64,000 nucleotides of DNA, taken from assembly GCF_021028975.2 (NCBI RefSeq), contig NW_025950341.1:124001-188000 (forward strand), written 5' to 3'. The stretch comes from Sphaerodactylus townsendi. Taxonomy: Eukaryota. Both the position numbers and the translations under genes were made by a program. Of the stretch, positions 22,926 through 36,100 are shown piece by piece; the stretch's first letter is position 1, and every line of letters begins with the position of its first letter. Below the pieces are notes generated by a model. The model was given only the letters and a program-made list of their open reading frames with translations, had not been told where the DNA came from and ran no database searches.

Positions 22926-25900
22926 AGGAGATAAAACAAGATAATGAATGGGCTGGGAACAGAATGAACTCAGAAGCTCATATTCTGCCATTTGGCTCTG
23001 CTGTCAGAGGCGGCAAGCAGATATGTCTTAATTTCCTATCCTGGTGCCCTAAAATCTTTATCCAGTTTTTTAAGGTGATAGGCCAAAAGAAGAATTGGAG
23101 GGAAACACCTGCTTACTCCAGTTTTGATTTACGCCAACAAAAATCCCACTAGGCTTCAGAAGAAGTGATAAAGCTGTCAGCCTGGGCTGGAGTTTTGGGT
23201 CTGGATGTTGATACCCAGGGCAAACACTATTGGATTGCTTCATCATATGCCCATTCCAGAGAGGACTAATGTAGAGGTCATAAATGATCTGCTGCCTTAA
23301 TGATCTTGGTTTGACTGCTTATAAGTCTGCACATGCATTCCTGTCATTTTTCCATGCAAATAGGATTCAGATAGGTGCTGTCCTTTCAGCACCTGCCAAG
23401 CAACAAAGGAAAAGAGGATATTGAATGGGTTTTTCTCTCTTCTCTCTCTCACACATGCACCATTCTTGTGGGCTCCAGAACACCCAAAGAGGAACAGCAA
23501 GGCAGGATGCCTTTTTTTATGGTGAAAGCTCCTGCCAAAAGATTAACATCCCAGTCCAGAGGAGCTGGGGAAAAGAGATTTTTAGATTCTGGGATTTTCT
23601 TCAAACCAGCATAAACTTGGTCAGTCCCAGCAAGGGAAGGCAGAGAAGCAGGAGTGAGGTTTATGGCAGTGCTAACTTCTCCATAGTTACAAAGCCAGAG
23701 AACAGAAAACTACTTACATCATTTATGGGCATCTTCTGTCTTTTCTATTCTTGTCTCAAGCAAAGCTAAATGTGGATGCTTCTCCTACCCTTCATTTAAG
23801 GCTTCCAAGAAGCTCTTAAACTCACATCATTTTTAAAGGTTTCTCGTAAATTTGCTCTACTTCATCCGAGCTTCCCATTGCAAATATATGATGCTCACTT
23901 TTCATCTTTAAAAATCACATTTTTATGGCCAAATATTTTCTGCTCCACAGCTTTGCCGTGGTAAATTCAACAGTCACGACTCGAAATTCCTCACCTGTAA
24001 TAATGTGTTATGTAGCACTCGATCAGAGTTTATCCCTGCTACAGGAAGTCATAAAAACAAAATGAGCTAGTGGTCATTTACAGTAATTTTGTTTCCTGTA
24101 AGCCCTCACTATTGTGTGAGAGGTTTGCAGAATTTTCACCCCAAATCCCAACAGCATAGAAAAATCAAGAGGGGACATTTGAAAGGCTTGTTCAAACTAG
24201 ACTGACATCTATGAAGTAATCTCCCTTTTTGTTCTGCCTTGGTAATCTATATCCCATATTTTTATAACTGTTAGCTTTGGTTTCAAAGCAATTTAGCATT
24301 AAACTTTGCTGCATCAAGGTCTATGAATTTAGGCTAGATGTACACATGCTGCATAATAAAGTAGGGGTTAGGGATGAACTCTTTATAATTTCAGAGCCAG
24401 GATTTGGGGAGGAAAGCTTTACTGTTTATTTCAGATTTTGGGTAGGACAGTACTGTTCGGGATTTAAATCTATACGTTTTTCTGAATTTTGCTGCCATTA
24501 TTTTCAGTGTAGGAACCAATTCATAGGTCTGGTGCAACTTTTTTTAAAAAAGATAATGGCACCAATTTTGCACATAACATTGTCCTGTCTTAAATCTAAA
24601 GATCCCAACATTTCGTGCAGAATAGAGAAAAATTTTTATTTTACAGTCCCATGAAGTAGGTACATTTTGCATATGTCTCTCCACCATTTTTATGGGAAGG
24701 ATGGAGTGGAAATCCTGGTTAGTTTATGTATTCTTACAGTGACTAACCAAGCAATTGGTGTAACAGGGTTATATGTTAATCAAACACAAAAAGCTCCCTG
24801 TCTATAGCCTATCCTAGATGGCAGTGTGCAACCTGGGATATCTGTAGGTGTATATCCAATTTGAGGCTTCATTTACATATCCTTGAATATTGTGCTGTTG
24901 TGGTATAGTAATCATTCATATCCTGGGTCATCTTGTCCTCACAGGAAAATCCAGTTGCAAATGATAATTATAGCAAAATGATAGCAAAATATCCAATGAG
25001 CCATGGATGCAGCCTGTGTCTGTTATCCATGGTTGCCAAAGTTTGTATTTTAGGAAAGAACAAAGCAGTGACCTGCTGCTGTTACAAGGAAATGCTAATA
25101 TAAACAAGTTTCCAACCAAATTGCTACATACTTTTTAATCCATAGTGCTATAATGGCTTTTGACTTTCTCTCACATGTGGAGATATTATTTATGGAAGGT
25201 AGAAAGCAAATAATATCTGTGGGAAGTGCAAAAAGAGATTTTCATGTTAAATTCTAAACATAAGAACCAAATTTTTCTGAGGAACATCACCTTTTCCCCA
25301 GATACTTAGGAGGAAACATTACAGTCTTGAGCAGCGGTATATTTTCCTAAGTCCACTGAAGTCAATGGCCTTTGAAGGATGTGACACTGTTTAGCATTGT
25401 ACTGTAAAAATCTTCAACTATATTGCAAAATTAACCCTTTTCTCCCATAATTTGGCAAGGAAATAGATAATAGTTCTGTAACAAGGCCCCAAAAGATGAC
25501 CATGCCCACCTGGTTTTGGACCATCAGATAGACTGAAACACCCATATTTCCAGAGTGTATATAATTTGTGTTTTTTTAATGCAATATATGGAAGGTATTT
25601 ATACAGTCAATGTATGTATAGTGCTGATTTTTGACACATTGAAAATGGTAGATTTTATGGAAAAAGTTTTGCAGGGAAACAAGAAATAAAGAATTTATAC
25701 GTTTGATTCGCATGAGGAAGAAAGGAGAAAATAACATTTGGGGATTGAAAGAGTCCATCTTACCAGGGAGATTGCAAGTATTTCTTTGAAGTATTATGTC
25801 AACCGTTTGATAAACATCATGAACTTTGCTTGTACTGTAGCCCTGTTCTGGTGCTATACCCCCCTACATCTGTTAGAGGGCATCAGCATAGAATTTGGTC

Positions 25901-26496
25901 CCTCATGCATGCTGGCCCTAACAGAAAGCAACTATATTCTTCTCATCTTGCTATTCATCCTGTGCAATGAATTAGGTGTATGCTTGTTTAAAATGCACTT
26001 CAAGTCTTAAAATATCAAAATAAATATTCAAGTAAGAAATTATTTGATGGCAAAGATAATATACATGCACTCAAAACAGATGTGAAGTGTTGCCACGTCA
26101 CAGCAAAGTTACAGTGACCTCTGGTGAGGTTTTCAAGGTGAATGATAAAGCAGAGGTAGTTTGCTATTGTGTTCCTCTGCAGAGTCCTCCCTTCCAAGTA
26201 CCAACCCAGCTTCTGAGAAATGACAAGGTTGGGCTCTTTTATGTTTTCCACATCATATTTGTTTTAGCTAAGTGCTAATAGCATTTCCGCCACAAATGAA
26301 TTTTAATTTGAAATGCAAATGCTTTTTGTGTATATGATGAAGATGCATATTGAGACATAAACTACGAGCCATTCAGAAATCCTTCCAAACTGCTATTAGG
26401 TTCACATAAAGAAAGTGCTTGTGGAGAGGGTCTATTTAAAAAAATGGAGCACATGGATGGGGAGTCTGAAACCCAGCATCTTATATTACTCTAGAG

Positions 26497-26610
26497 CAGG
26501 GGTCAGCAACCTTGAACACCCAAAGAGACATTTTTCCACGGAAAAGAAAACACTTGGAGCCACAAATACTTTTTGACATCTAAAATGAAAATAACACTGT
26601 ATATATTCTC
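26497..26610 (+). mobile_element. hAT-Charlie terminal fragment
   Basis: CAGGGGTCAGCAACC terminus directly after the Charlie-type target CTCTAGAG (26489-26496). Confidence 0.55.
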
Positions 26611-28538
26611 ATGCAGGGAGAAGATCCCTTATTTGGGGTCCATTTTTACCCATCAAAGCAAGAAAAAAGGGGGGGGGGCTAAAAGCCTGTTGTTTTGTAC
26701 ATGATTCAAATGACTAGCAATAGAACCCCCATTTCACACATTTCTCTTTTCTTGCATTGAAAGACACTGATTATGCCCCCCCAAAGAACCCCCTCAAATT
26801 TCACTTTGATGGTGGATCAAAATTGGTGCCTTTAATGGGGTTGCCAACTTCTGGGGGGGGGCTGAACTTCTCCCCACCCCTGAGAAAATGTCTGCCATGG
26901 AGGGTGGACTCAACAGCCATATTCCTCACTGAGCATGGCCCCCACCCTGGTCCCAAAAGCCACAGCTTCTGAGAATCTACCCCCAAATGTCCTGGGATTT
27001 GTCCACTGGGAGTTGGTAACCCACGACAACCATAGCTGAGGATGATCCCAGCCTTCCTCCCTTCCACGATTTACAAGCTTACCTCCACTGGCTTACTCTG
27101 AAGTAAACCTTCCAAGATCCACGTGCAAGGCTTTCCCCATGCGCTCCTGCCCTCCTTGGCAATGCAGAAGCAAACAATTCCCAGCCACCCCTGCCTCCCC
27201 ATCAAACAGCCCTGATGAGTGCAACCTTATAGGGCTGCAGGTAATAACTCCTTTAAAACCTGACATCGTATTTCTCATCTGGGCCCACTTGTCTTTGGTT
27301 GCCACAGATGAAGGATTTATTCCCTTAGAATTGTATTCCAATTAAATGGAAATGGGAGCTACAGCCAAAAAATGAAAAAAAAAAGTAATAGGATATTTGT
27401 TCTTTAAAAATAAAATGAATAAAAAACAATTTAAAAAATAAAAGTACAAGTATAACCCTAGAATGCAAATTCTACCAACTCCTGTACTTGAAGACTTCTG
27501 TCTAATGTTCATGTTTCAAATAAACACCAAATCATCATGGGCAAATGACATGTTGCTTTTTTAATACTTTTCCCCAGCATGATACATTTATGTTGATTGT
27601 GAGGAAAATTAGTTTATTAGTAAACACACTAGGCAGTCAGAATTAATTGGTGTTGGCTGATTATAATAATAGTGAGGAATTATTGATTTACTCTGTTAAA
27701 TCATTCACTGTAAGCCAATTCACACTGGCTATGGCTTCTTCTCATGTTGAGTCAGGAATCCATGCATCCCAGGAATCCATGCATCCCATGTTGGCAGAAG
27801 TGGTTTCTTCCCACACAAATATTTAACACCGTCCTGGCCATTTGATGGATCATTTGGAAAGAACCATGTCATTAGCCCCACCAAAAGTGTTCCTTCTTGT
27901 ACCTGTTACAAGAACAGGCAGAAAACACCACAGGGTGACTAACAATCACCAGCAAGTGCAAATTGCCCTTTCTTGGCCCAGAGTTGTGAATTGATCAGAA
28001 ATCCCAATAATCCTTCCTCTTCTGCATTCATGATGCTGATTTTCAACAGCCCAGAGGAGAAGCAGCTCAAGAAGTTTTGTACTCAAGTCCAGAATCAAGG
28101 CATATTGAATTGAATTCAGCAGAAGAATTCCATGGATGGAAGGGATGTGGTTTTTGTTGATTTCCTCCTTCCCTTGAAGATCTCCAGTTCCTTCTTAGTT
28201 TATGGGAGTTCTCTGGCCCCAAGAGCAGCACTAGTAGGGGTACAGTTGCCAAGCCAGGCAGTCAGGGGGAGGGTTGGAAGGGTGACCACTTTGCTTCTCA
28301 CTCCCCTTGAGAACTCCATGCAGGGGATGGCATAAGTCAGCTGCAATTTGATGGCACTTTATAGGCACACAAAATTAATATATGTGTTATTCAATACACC
28401 TGCAATCATTAGTAAGAGAGGAGACAATGCTAGATATACCTAGGATACATTGTGGCTTGGTTAGTGAAATTTACAGAAGTGGAAATGACAATTTAATATC
28501 ACTGGGCTTTGTCATGTTGTCAATCATTCAGCTTCAAG

Positions 28539-30260
28539 AAATAACGGCCCCAGAATCAACTGGGCTGTAATTGCGACAGGAGGCAGGGCACATGGTAAGC
28601 TCTGGAGCAGTGAGCATGCATGCCCTGGGCCAACCGGGCACCTGAGCCACACACAGCCTGGTCGTGTGATGCTCATGAGTCTTAGGAGTGGAGCATGCTC
28701 CCTATATATTAGGCAGCACGCGGTTGCTCTGGCCTTCTTTGATGCCTCGAGCAAACTGAACGAGTGCTGGTTTGCTAGGCAGGGAGCTAGGCTGAGAGGG
28801 GGTTGGTAGCTACGTCTAGGTGTTGGTAGCGGTGCTGGTAGTGGTCTAAGTGTTGTAGCAGTTGCTATTCAGGGGGTTGGGTTAACCCCTCCCCCCTCCC
28901 CCCCTTTGTGTGTCTTGGTTTGGAAAAAGCATTGGGAGTTGCATTAGTATCCTCCCCACTTTAACTTATATGACGGGAGCGGTTTGCTCAGCCGTGTGGC
29001 AGTGGGAAATCACAATGGGGGCTGCTTGGCACAGGGTGACACCCCCAGTGGGACCGTCAGTTCCCGGGTGGGAGATTAAAGCATAGGCCCACCAGCAGAG
29101 CTATCTTGTTGACCAAAGGAGGGGTACCCAGGCGGACACCGTTCACCCAGTCGGGTTGACGTGAGTTGCCGGTCTCCCAGTTCGTTTCCTCTTGGTGAGT
29201 TTTTCTTGCTTTTGGGGACACCAATTTGGCATGCGTCAGGTGCCCCTGATTTGGGTCGGGGACGGGCTCTTGGTAGAGTGCCTCCTAGATGATCAGTAGT
29301 TATAGGTGGGCTGACCCCTCGCCCGCCGCAGGTTTCTGGGGGAATAGTAGTTTCTGGACCGGTTGGCAGGTATTCCGTGCAAATTGTTGGGTCCTCAGGG
29401 AGAAGGTACTTGTGTTAGCAGCATTCTGCAGTTGGACTGGACGTGGCCGCAAGTTTGGATGCTGTCTTCTCCACAGGGGTTGTGCGATAGGGGGGTGCTT
29501 CCTCATTTCTCTGGCTGTTGGCAAGGGCATGCGTGAGGCTCTTGGCCCTAATGTATGTGTTCCATCGGCTATAGAAATGGCCTTGAAGTTGAGGGATCAG
29601 CCGGCATTTCTGTTAGCGCATGGGTTCAGCTCTTGTTTCAGGGATGTGACTCATTTGTCCTTGGTGTCTACAACAGTTTGCCCCCCCCCTTCTCTTCAAT
29701 GTTCTTCGAGGCGGGGCTGTTGTGGCTACCCTTCCTGTGGAGTATGAAAGGGTTTTTTTCACATGCAGGAGTTTTAGATCATGCTGGTAACCTTGGGAAG
29801 GAAGGCCGCTTGGTTGTGCGCCCATTTTGCTCGCTGACTAATGGCAATTTGTACAGCCATGAAAAGGCCTTGACGGGGGAGTTTGTTAGACAGGGGTCTT
29901 TTGTTTTTCATTCCCTGAGGTTCCTACTGGTTCCACCATGTTGGGCAAACTGTGGGCCTGGTACGCATTTGCAGCGGTTGGCCAGTGGGGGGGGGCGAGG
30001 TGCTTCAGCTAAGCCCTCCCTTTTTACTGGGGCAGTTCAGAGTGGAGTTTTTTTAATTGTCGCCACTGCCCTTGTATGGCGGGTGGCTGGTTGCTTGTTT
30101 CACTGCTTTGGAGGCATGCCCATTAGCAGTTGGCATTATTGGCAACTGGGGATTGTACTGTCTGAGTATAGCGCTGAGTTGCACAAGGGGTCCGGATGGC
30201 CCCTCCCCAATTTGTCGTGAAAGGAGTAGTCTCCCAGCTCGGGAGTTGTTCAAATATCTT
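28539..30260 (+). mobile_element. Ngaro/DIRS-type tyrosine-recombinase retrotransposon, 5' part (repeat A1 plus degenerate internal region)
   Basis: A1 28539-28760 with TATA-like CCTATATATT at 28701. GC-rich interior has weak remnants resembling a gag Cys/His finger (~29420-29500), the YR C-terminus (CVPSAIEMALKLR..LLAHG) and an SGNH hydrolase. Confidence 0.6.
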
Positions 30261-30310
30261 ATAAAAGATAAATAGAAGTGGTTTTGTGTGATGATTTTGT
30301 AAAACATTGT

Positions 30311-31490
30311 ATTGTGCCCAGATGTGAAGGTTCCTTCTGGTGAAATAACCACAGGACATATCTTGGAATTAAATTGGGCCACAGCCCTTTATTGAGGCAG
30401 AAGCTGGGCAAGCAAGAGGAGCACAACTGTATTGTGGCCAGTCAGCACCCCTGGCTGACCCCAGCCCCACACCCCAATCCATATTGGGGAGGACAGGAGG
30501 TTCTGGGCCACCTGGGCGCCCACCCGCTCGCTGTGGCCCCCTTTCTGCTGGGGTGTCAGGCTCGAATTGCAGAGGTCTCCATGGCATGAGCCCGCCCCAC
30601 CCCAAGCCTCTTGTGGAGGCTCGGCCTCCCCTAAAGATGAACTCCTCTGCTCAAACCACCAAGGCTGCGACAAAATGAGCAGCACCAAAAATCCTATCCA
30701 AATAGCAAGGGAGGGAGGGTCAGTTTGCTTGGGGCATTGAAGAAGGCCAGAGCAACCGCATGCTGCCTAATATATAGGGAGTGTGCTCCACCCCTAACAC
30801 TCATGTGCATCACATGATCAGGCTGGGTGTGGCTCAGCCGCATGGCCAGCCTAGGGCACGCATGGTCACTGCTCCGGAGCTCACCATGTGCCCTGCCTCC
30901 TGTCGCAATTATGGCCCAGTTGATCCTGGGGCCATTATTTGCACAGAGATATGCAGAGGTTCCTTCTGATGAAATAACCACAGGACACGTCTTGGAATTA
31001 AATTGGGCCGCAGCCCTGTATTGTGGCAAAAGCTGGGCAAGCAAGAGGAGCACATCCATATTGTGGCCGGTCAGTACCACTGGCTGACCCCAGCACCATG
31101 CCCCAATCCATATTGGAGAGGACAGGATGTACTGGGCCACCTGGGCACCTGCCCACTGTGGCCCCCTTCCTGCTGGAGTGTGACAAGCTTGAATTGCAGA
31201 GGCCTCCGCGGCATGTGGCATGAGCCCGACCCCTCTCAAGACTCTTATGGAGGCCCCAAACCACAGGGATGACAGGCATGCAAGCTTGGCCTCCCCCTAA
31301 AGATGCGTTCCTCTGTCCAAACTGCCACCGAGCTGACCCTTCAGCTCCTGCCACAGCTTCGCAAGCCCTCCAACCAGTCCAAGAGTGCCTGCTACATGGC
31401 ACATAGCCAAATGTCCAGTCCTCGTTCAGAGAGGTACACACCATCCGGATTGAAAAGCGCACGCGCCACATATCTTGCCAACAACCATGT
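30311..31490 (-). mobile_element. Ngaro-type 3' end: hydrolase C-terminus, then B1-A2-B2 split repeats
   Basis: Minus strand reads ALFNPDGVYLSERGLDIWL (SGNH DGxH-like), then B1 (~31335-30941), A2 (30940-30719, homologous to A1) and B2 (~30668-30311, containing AATAAA). Confidence 0.75.
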
Positions 31491-31756
31491 CAAATTTTGG
31501 AATAAAGAAGCCACTAAGAAATATTAAAATAACATTTGAAAAAGATGACCCAGGACTGCTTGAAGTAAACATAAAAGCATTACATTTTACTTGTGTTAAA
31601 GTTTTGAAACAAACACTGAAGGTTCAGAATTATCTGATGGTTGTCACTGGATACCAGAACAATATTAATGAGACTAGGAAAATTTGGTACCAAACATCCC
31701 TTCCAGAGCCCAAAGAAAATATCAGTGCAGATTGTTAGTCAATGTGTGTCATTACT

Positions 31757-32572
31757 TGGGTGCTGTGTGGTTTCCGGGCTGTATGGCCGTGTTCTAGCAG
31801 CATTCTCTCCTGACGTTTCGCCTGCATCTGTGGCTGGCATCTTCAGAGGATCTGATGTTGGAAAAGCAAGTGGAGTATATATCTGTCCAGGTGGTAGAGG
31901 TCCAGGGTGGTGGAAACTTCGATTCAGGAGGCAACAGCGGCAACCAGGTCAACAGTTGAGGGCATCCGAATAGAAGCATGAGGATACCGAAGACTATAGC
32001 CTTGGAGCAACCCTGGTAGACAGCAAGGTCACCATAGAGCATTCGAATAGTGGACTTGCCTTTCAGCCTTTTGTTTGAGGGAGTCATCTTCAGGGCTAGG
32101 AAAGGAGCTAACATAATTCTAGTATTGGTCATTGGAGTAGCGCCTCATTCTCATTTTCATTTTCCTCAGGTTTTCTGTATCTGATTTAGTGGTTAGAGTG
32201 GTCTGTATCTTGTTTTTTCAAATAACATTCCTACGTCCAGGCTGGTTTATCATGTGTTCTGGCTCCTTCCTTTCACTGTGCAATGAAGAAAGGAAGTTTC
32301 CGAAGTAAAACTAAACTCTGGATAGGCTATTATTATTGAAAATAGGAATTTATTGGACCACTCTGAAAGCCACTCTCACGCCAGACTACTACACAGAGAA
32401 GCAATTGAAACTATAAGCACATGGACAATTTTAACAGGAAGGAAGAAACTCTGAAAATGTCAACAGAACTTTACTGCTAAAAGTTGAAAAAATACTAGGG
32501 TCAAGACTGTGTCAAACCAGCTCCACACAAACACAGGATGACCATAGACAAAAGAAACAAAGGCCAGGATAC
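31757..32572. mobile_element. Penelope-like element: inverted 5' copy plus start of the + strand copy
   Basis: pLTR on the minus strand at 31757-31890. GIY-YIG remnant on + at ~32340-32460 (LDHSES..HREAIE..MDNFNRKEETLK). Continues at 38014-38346 after the Copia. Confidence 0.8.
31808..31850 (-). ncRNA. Minimal type I hammerhead ribozyme, canonical core
   Basis: Minus strand: TCCT-CTGAAGA-T-GCC-AGCCACAGATGCA-GGC-GAAA-C-GTC-AGGA. Intact CUGANGA/GAAA core, 4-bp stem I, GUC cleavage triplet, palindromic ACGU in place of stem III. Confidence 0.75.
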
Positions 32573-33127
32573 TGTTGGCCTAGTGCACAGCGGAAGGACT
32601 AGGTGCCAACCTAACCTCATACTAGAAAGTTCAGGAGATAAAAATCGTCTGCAGTATAAGAATATAAAACACCTGTGACAGTAGTAGATTTCCGCTCCAA
32701 CAGGAACACTTTATCTTTTCTTTCTCAAAGGAACAAAAAATAACAATGTTTTTACCCATCTAACCATCCACTCTCCTACTCTAACAACAATCTCGAGTCT
32801 CCTAACCTGGAAGGTGAAGGGAGAGGTACTGAATTGGGCATGCAGTCTTTCATATAGTTTGTCCTTTGTCCAGCAAAATCATTAGCTAGATGATCTTAAT
32901 CATCCTGGCCTGTGACTCTTTCACCTTCTGCTGACTGTTACATGCCAATCACTGCAGACCCAGACAGAGAGGTTCTGACCTTTCATAATTCTGCTGACTG
33001 TTACATGCCAATCACTGCAGACTCCAGACAGAGTAATTCGACCTTTACAATTCTTGCTGGACTCAATACATTCCAGTCATTCTAGACCAAAGCATATGAC
33101 CACTTTGTACTTTTCAATATCCCGACA
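32573..33127 (-). repeat. Copia 3' LTR
   Basis: Direct repeat of 37475-38008. Adjacent polypurine tract GAGATGAGAAGGG on the minus strand at 33128-33140. Internal ~63-bp tandem units. Confidence 0.9.
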
Positions 33128-36100
33128 CCCTTCTCATCTCTGGTTGGAATGTTGCCTCATTACACAATATCATTTACAAACAAAATAATTACAAACAAAA
33201 GTCATTCACATTATTATTTACACTTCATTATATAGTTAGTACATAGTCAGTACACAGAGTTACTTCTATTTCTACTCCACTTTGTACAGAGTCTTGTCCT
33301 TTTGGCCAAATTGTACATCTGCTAAACCCAAACCAAACACCAAGTCATTAAGGTGTTTTGCATTGGTAATGGCTTCGTTAAGATGTCGCTGCATAGTTTG
33401 CAGATGATGATTCCAGCACTGCAACTTTGGAAATCATATTTGACTGTAATCAGCTGTTTTTACATTTTGGAATTTCACAGCCACGTTTGTAGTACCACTT
33501 TTGTTTCGCCTTCTGCCATGGCTATACATGTCTGTGAGTCTTCAAAACTGTTATAGGTTGTTCTACATTTCTCACCCAGGTCTTTTAGCAACTGCATAAC
33601 CCATTGTAGCTCATTGCATGCCCTCATTATATCTGCATACTTGCCTCAGAGTTGAAGGGTAAACCGGCGTTTGCTACTCGGATCTCCAACAACCGGGATG
33701 GCTGCCATATTGCATATATACAACCGTACTCTACTGACTCTTCTACATCCTGAGTCCCTCTGCAAATGAGCTTCGTCCCAAGATACACCACTGGTGTCCT
33801 ATTTTGTTTTAAAGGAAAGTGTAAACCATAGTTAGTAGTTCCCTTCAAGTAACGCATTACCTTTTTTAGACCTGGGCGTAGTCTCCTTTCCTCGTAGGGT
33901 TTTGCAATCCTGTTCTTACCTGAATAAACCCGAAGAAAGTGAAAAGCTTGTGCACCATCTTTCTTGTCCAGTTAGCAATGTGCAGCAGGCCGCCACCATT
34001 AAGGAACGCATATAGGCCCTGGCCTCTCAAATGCTTCTCTGTTGTCATCTTGCTGCTTTACAAAAAAATCAGCCGGGCCATCGGGTTTGTGCCACTCTTA
34101 CATCCTTGCAGACCACAGTTTCTTTTGCATGACACCCCCTATCTTTGTTTTCAGGCTAGAAACATGATCCCCTTCTTCAGGATTTCTAATGACTTGAATA
34201 CTCCAGGGAATGGTTTTGTGAAGATAGCCCCTGCCCTCTTCGTAGCTTTTAGTGGCGACTTCTACCAACTCAGTGTAGGTGCTGAGTTTCGATTTTGGCG
34301 GCCTTTGTTTCGGTAGTTCACATTAGATCATCAACATAAATCATCAAAATGATACATTCAATCACTTTCAGTACTCTCTTGGTATATATACAGACATCGC
34401 CACACTTCTTTAATAAATTCTCACTTCACATAATGCTTTGCGTATTTAACTGTTCCAACATCTGGCTGGACTGTTTCCCAGCCCGCATAAAAGTTTCCTT
34501 TGCTGAGCTTCTATAAACTTCTATCAACTCTGTTCATGCCCAAGTAACCTGCGCCTGCTTCCATGCATATGGTCTCTCTTGCAAATCCAAGTAATTTTAA
34601 ATAAGCTCGTTTCAAAAATCAAAGCGCCTTCATTTTAAAAGCCCCTTTGCCTCAGCCAGAGCAATCAATTAATCTCATGGATCTCTGCCTTTGCAGTGGG
34701 TGCATAAGTCTGACTTATAACTGTCAACCGTTTGAGGGAGAAGCCCCAGCTTAATTCAATCTTGTTTTATATTTGCAAGTCCCATCGGGTATTAGTTTAT
34801 CGCTTCTGTATACCCATCTTGCACCTATGGATCGGGTTTATCAGTAGGTTTATTTCAACAATGTTACAGTTATTCTAAGTCTCACCAAGGATTCAAACTC
34901 ATTGTCCATAGCCTAATTCCACCCCCCATTTTTCCTGTTCCTCAGGGTGGATATTTCAACATATCATGGAAACTCTTAGGTTCTGTCCCCAATTGGTACA
35001 CTCTCACTCTTGCAAATTCACAAACCTTTTGGTGGTATGCCTTTATTTGCTCTTTTCTTGATCCATGCGTGTATAGCGCTATTTCTCCAGCTTGCTCCAG
35101 CCCCTCCTCTCCCCTGGCTTCCCTTCCTGATCACTTCAATAATTGTTCTGTTGTTGCTAAGGCCTGAGCAGATGTGTGGACCTTGAACAGGAGTGTTGTG
35201 CTGAAGGTCACTAGGTAACACTGTGTCATGGCTTACTGCGGTAAGAACACTCAGAGTTTTGATGCACATGTTCCCAACCTGTATGCTTTTCGGTAAAGTT
35301 GCACTGCGAGCATAGCAATTCTTCCATGACCCAATGAAAAATCTATAGCCTCTTTGGTATTCTGGCGATATCCACAAAAACGAAGTCTCTGCCATTTCTT
35401 TTGTCCTTTTTTTTCCAAGGTCTGGGGAATGAGGACGTTAGCAAACTCCCAAATATTCTAAGGTGTTTAGGTAAAGGCCTTTTGCCAAACATTCTGAACA
35501 ATGCTGGTTGATTGATACTTGCAACTCCACACAACCTGTTTATTACATGTGTGGCAAAGCAAGACAGCCCTCCTCCCCAGAAAAATGGAATGAACCTGGC
35601 ATCATTTATCATGCAATCCCCGCATTGTTTGAAGAATGCCTAAGTCTCCCTCAAAGGGCTAATGCTTATTTTCAGCTGGTTGAATCTGGATTTGTTCTCC
35701 TGTGGCTAATACCTTCTTGTGTAAGCCAAAGCCATGTTTGGAATTTGTTCCCTCATGAACTCACCGCCTTCTGTCAGATTGCAGGTGGCAAGCTTACACC
35801 TTTGTGAGAGGGGAAACTCCTCTGCTCAATCATTGAGACTCCATTCTTAAACCTTGTAAAGGCTTCATCCTTAGATTTCCAACAGCAAGCAGTAAGAATT
35901 GTCTGCTATAAATCATCAATCAGCAGAAATATATATCGCGGCACCCCTTCGGCTGGATTGGAAAGGACCAGCTAAGTCTGTATGGACTAGTTCAAATGGT
36001 CTTTCCATTTGTCTGTAGCTCTTTTTGGGATTGGATAGATTTCACCTTTAAACCCCACTCACAGTGACTGAACAGTCTAGGAATGAGTTTTGCAAGGCTT

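Noticed and set aside
22347-23152. Overlapping ORFs sharing VLAAFSPD..SVAGIFRGSD peptides (also at 31641-32132)
   Set aside because: Translations of the non-coding Penelope pLTR palindrome, not a protein family.
27076-27360. Possible additional minus-strand exon upstream of the 25.8-kb candidate
   Set aside because: A donor is present, but the strong acceptors give stops in all frames.
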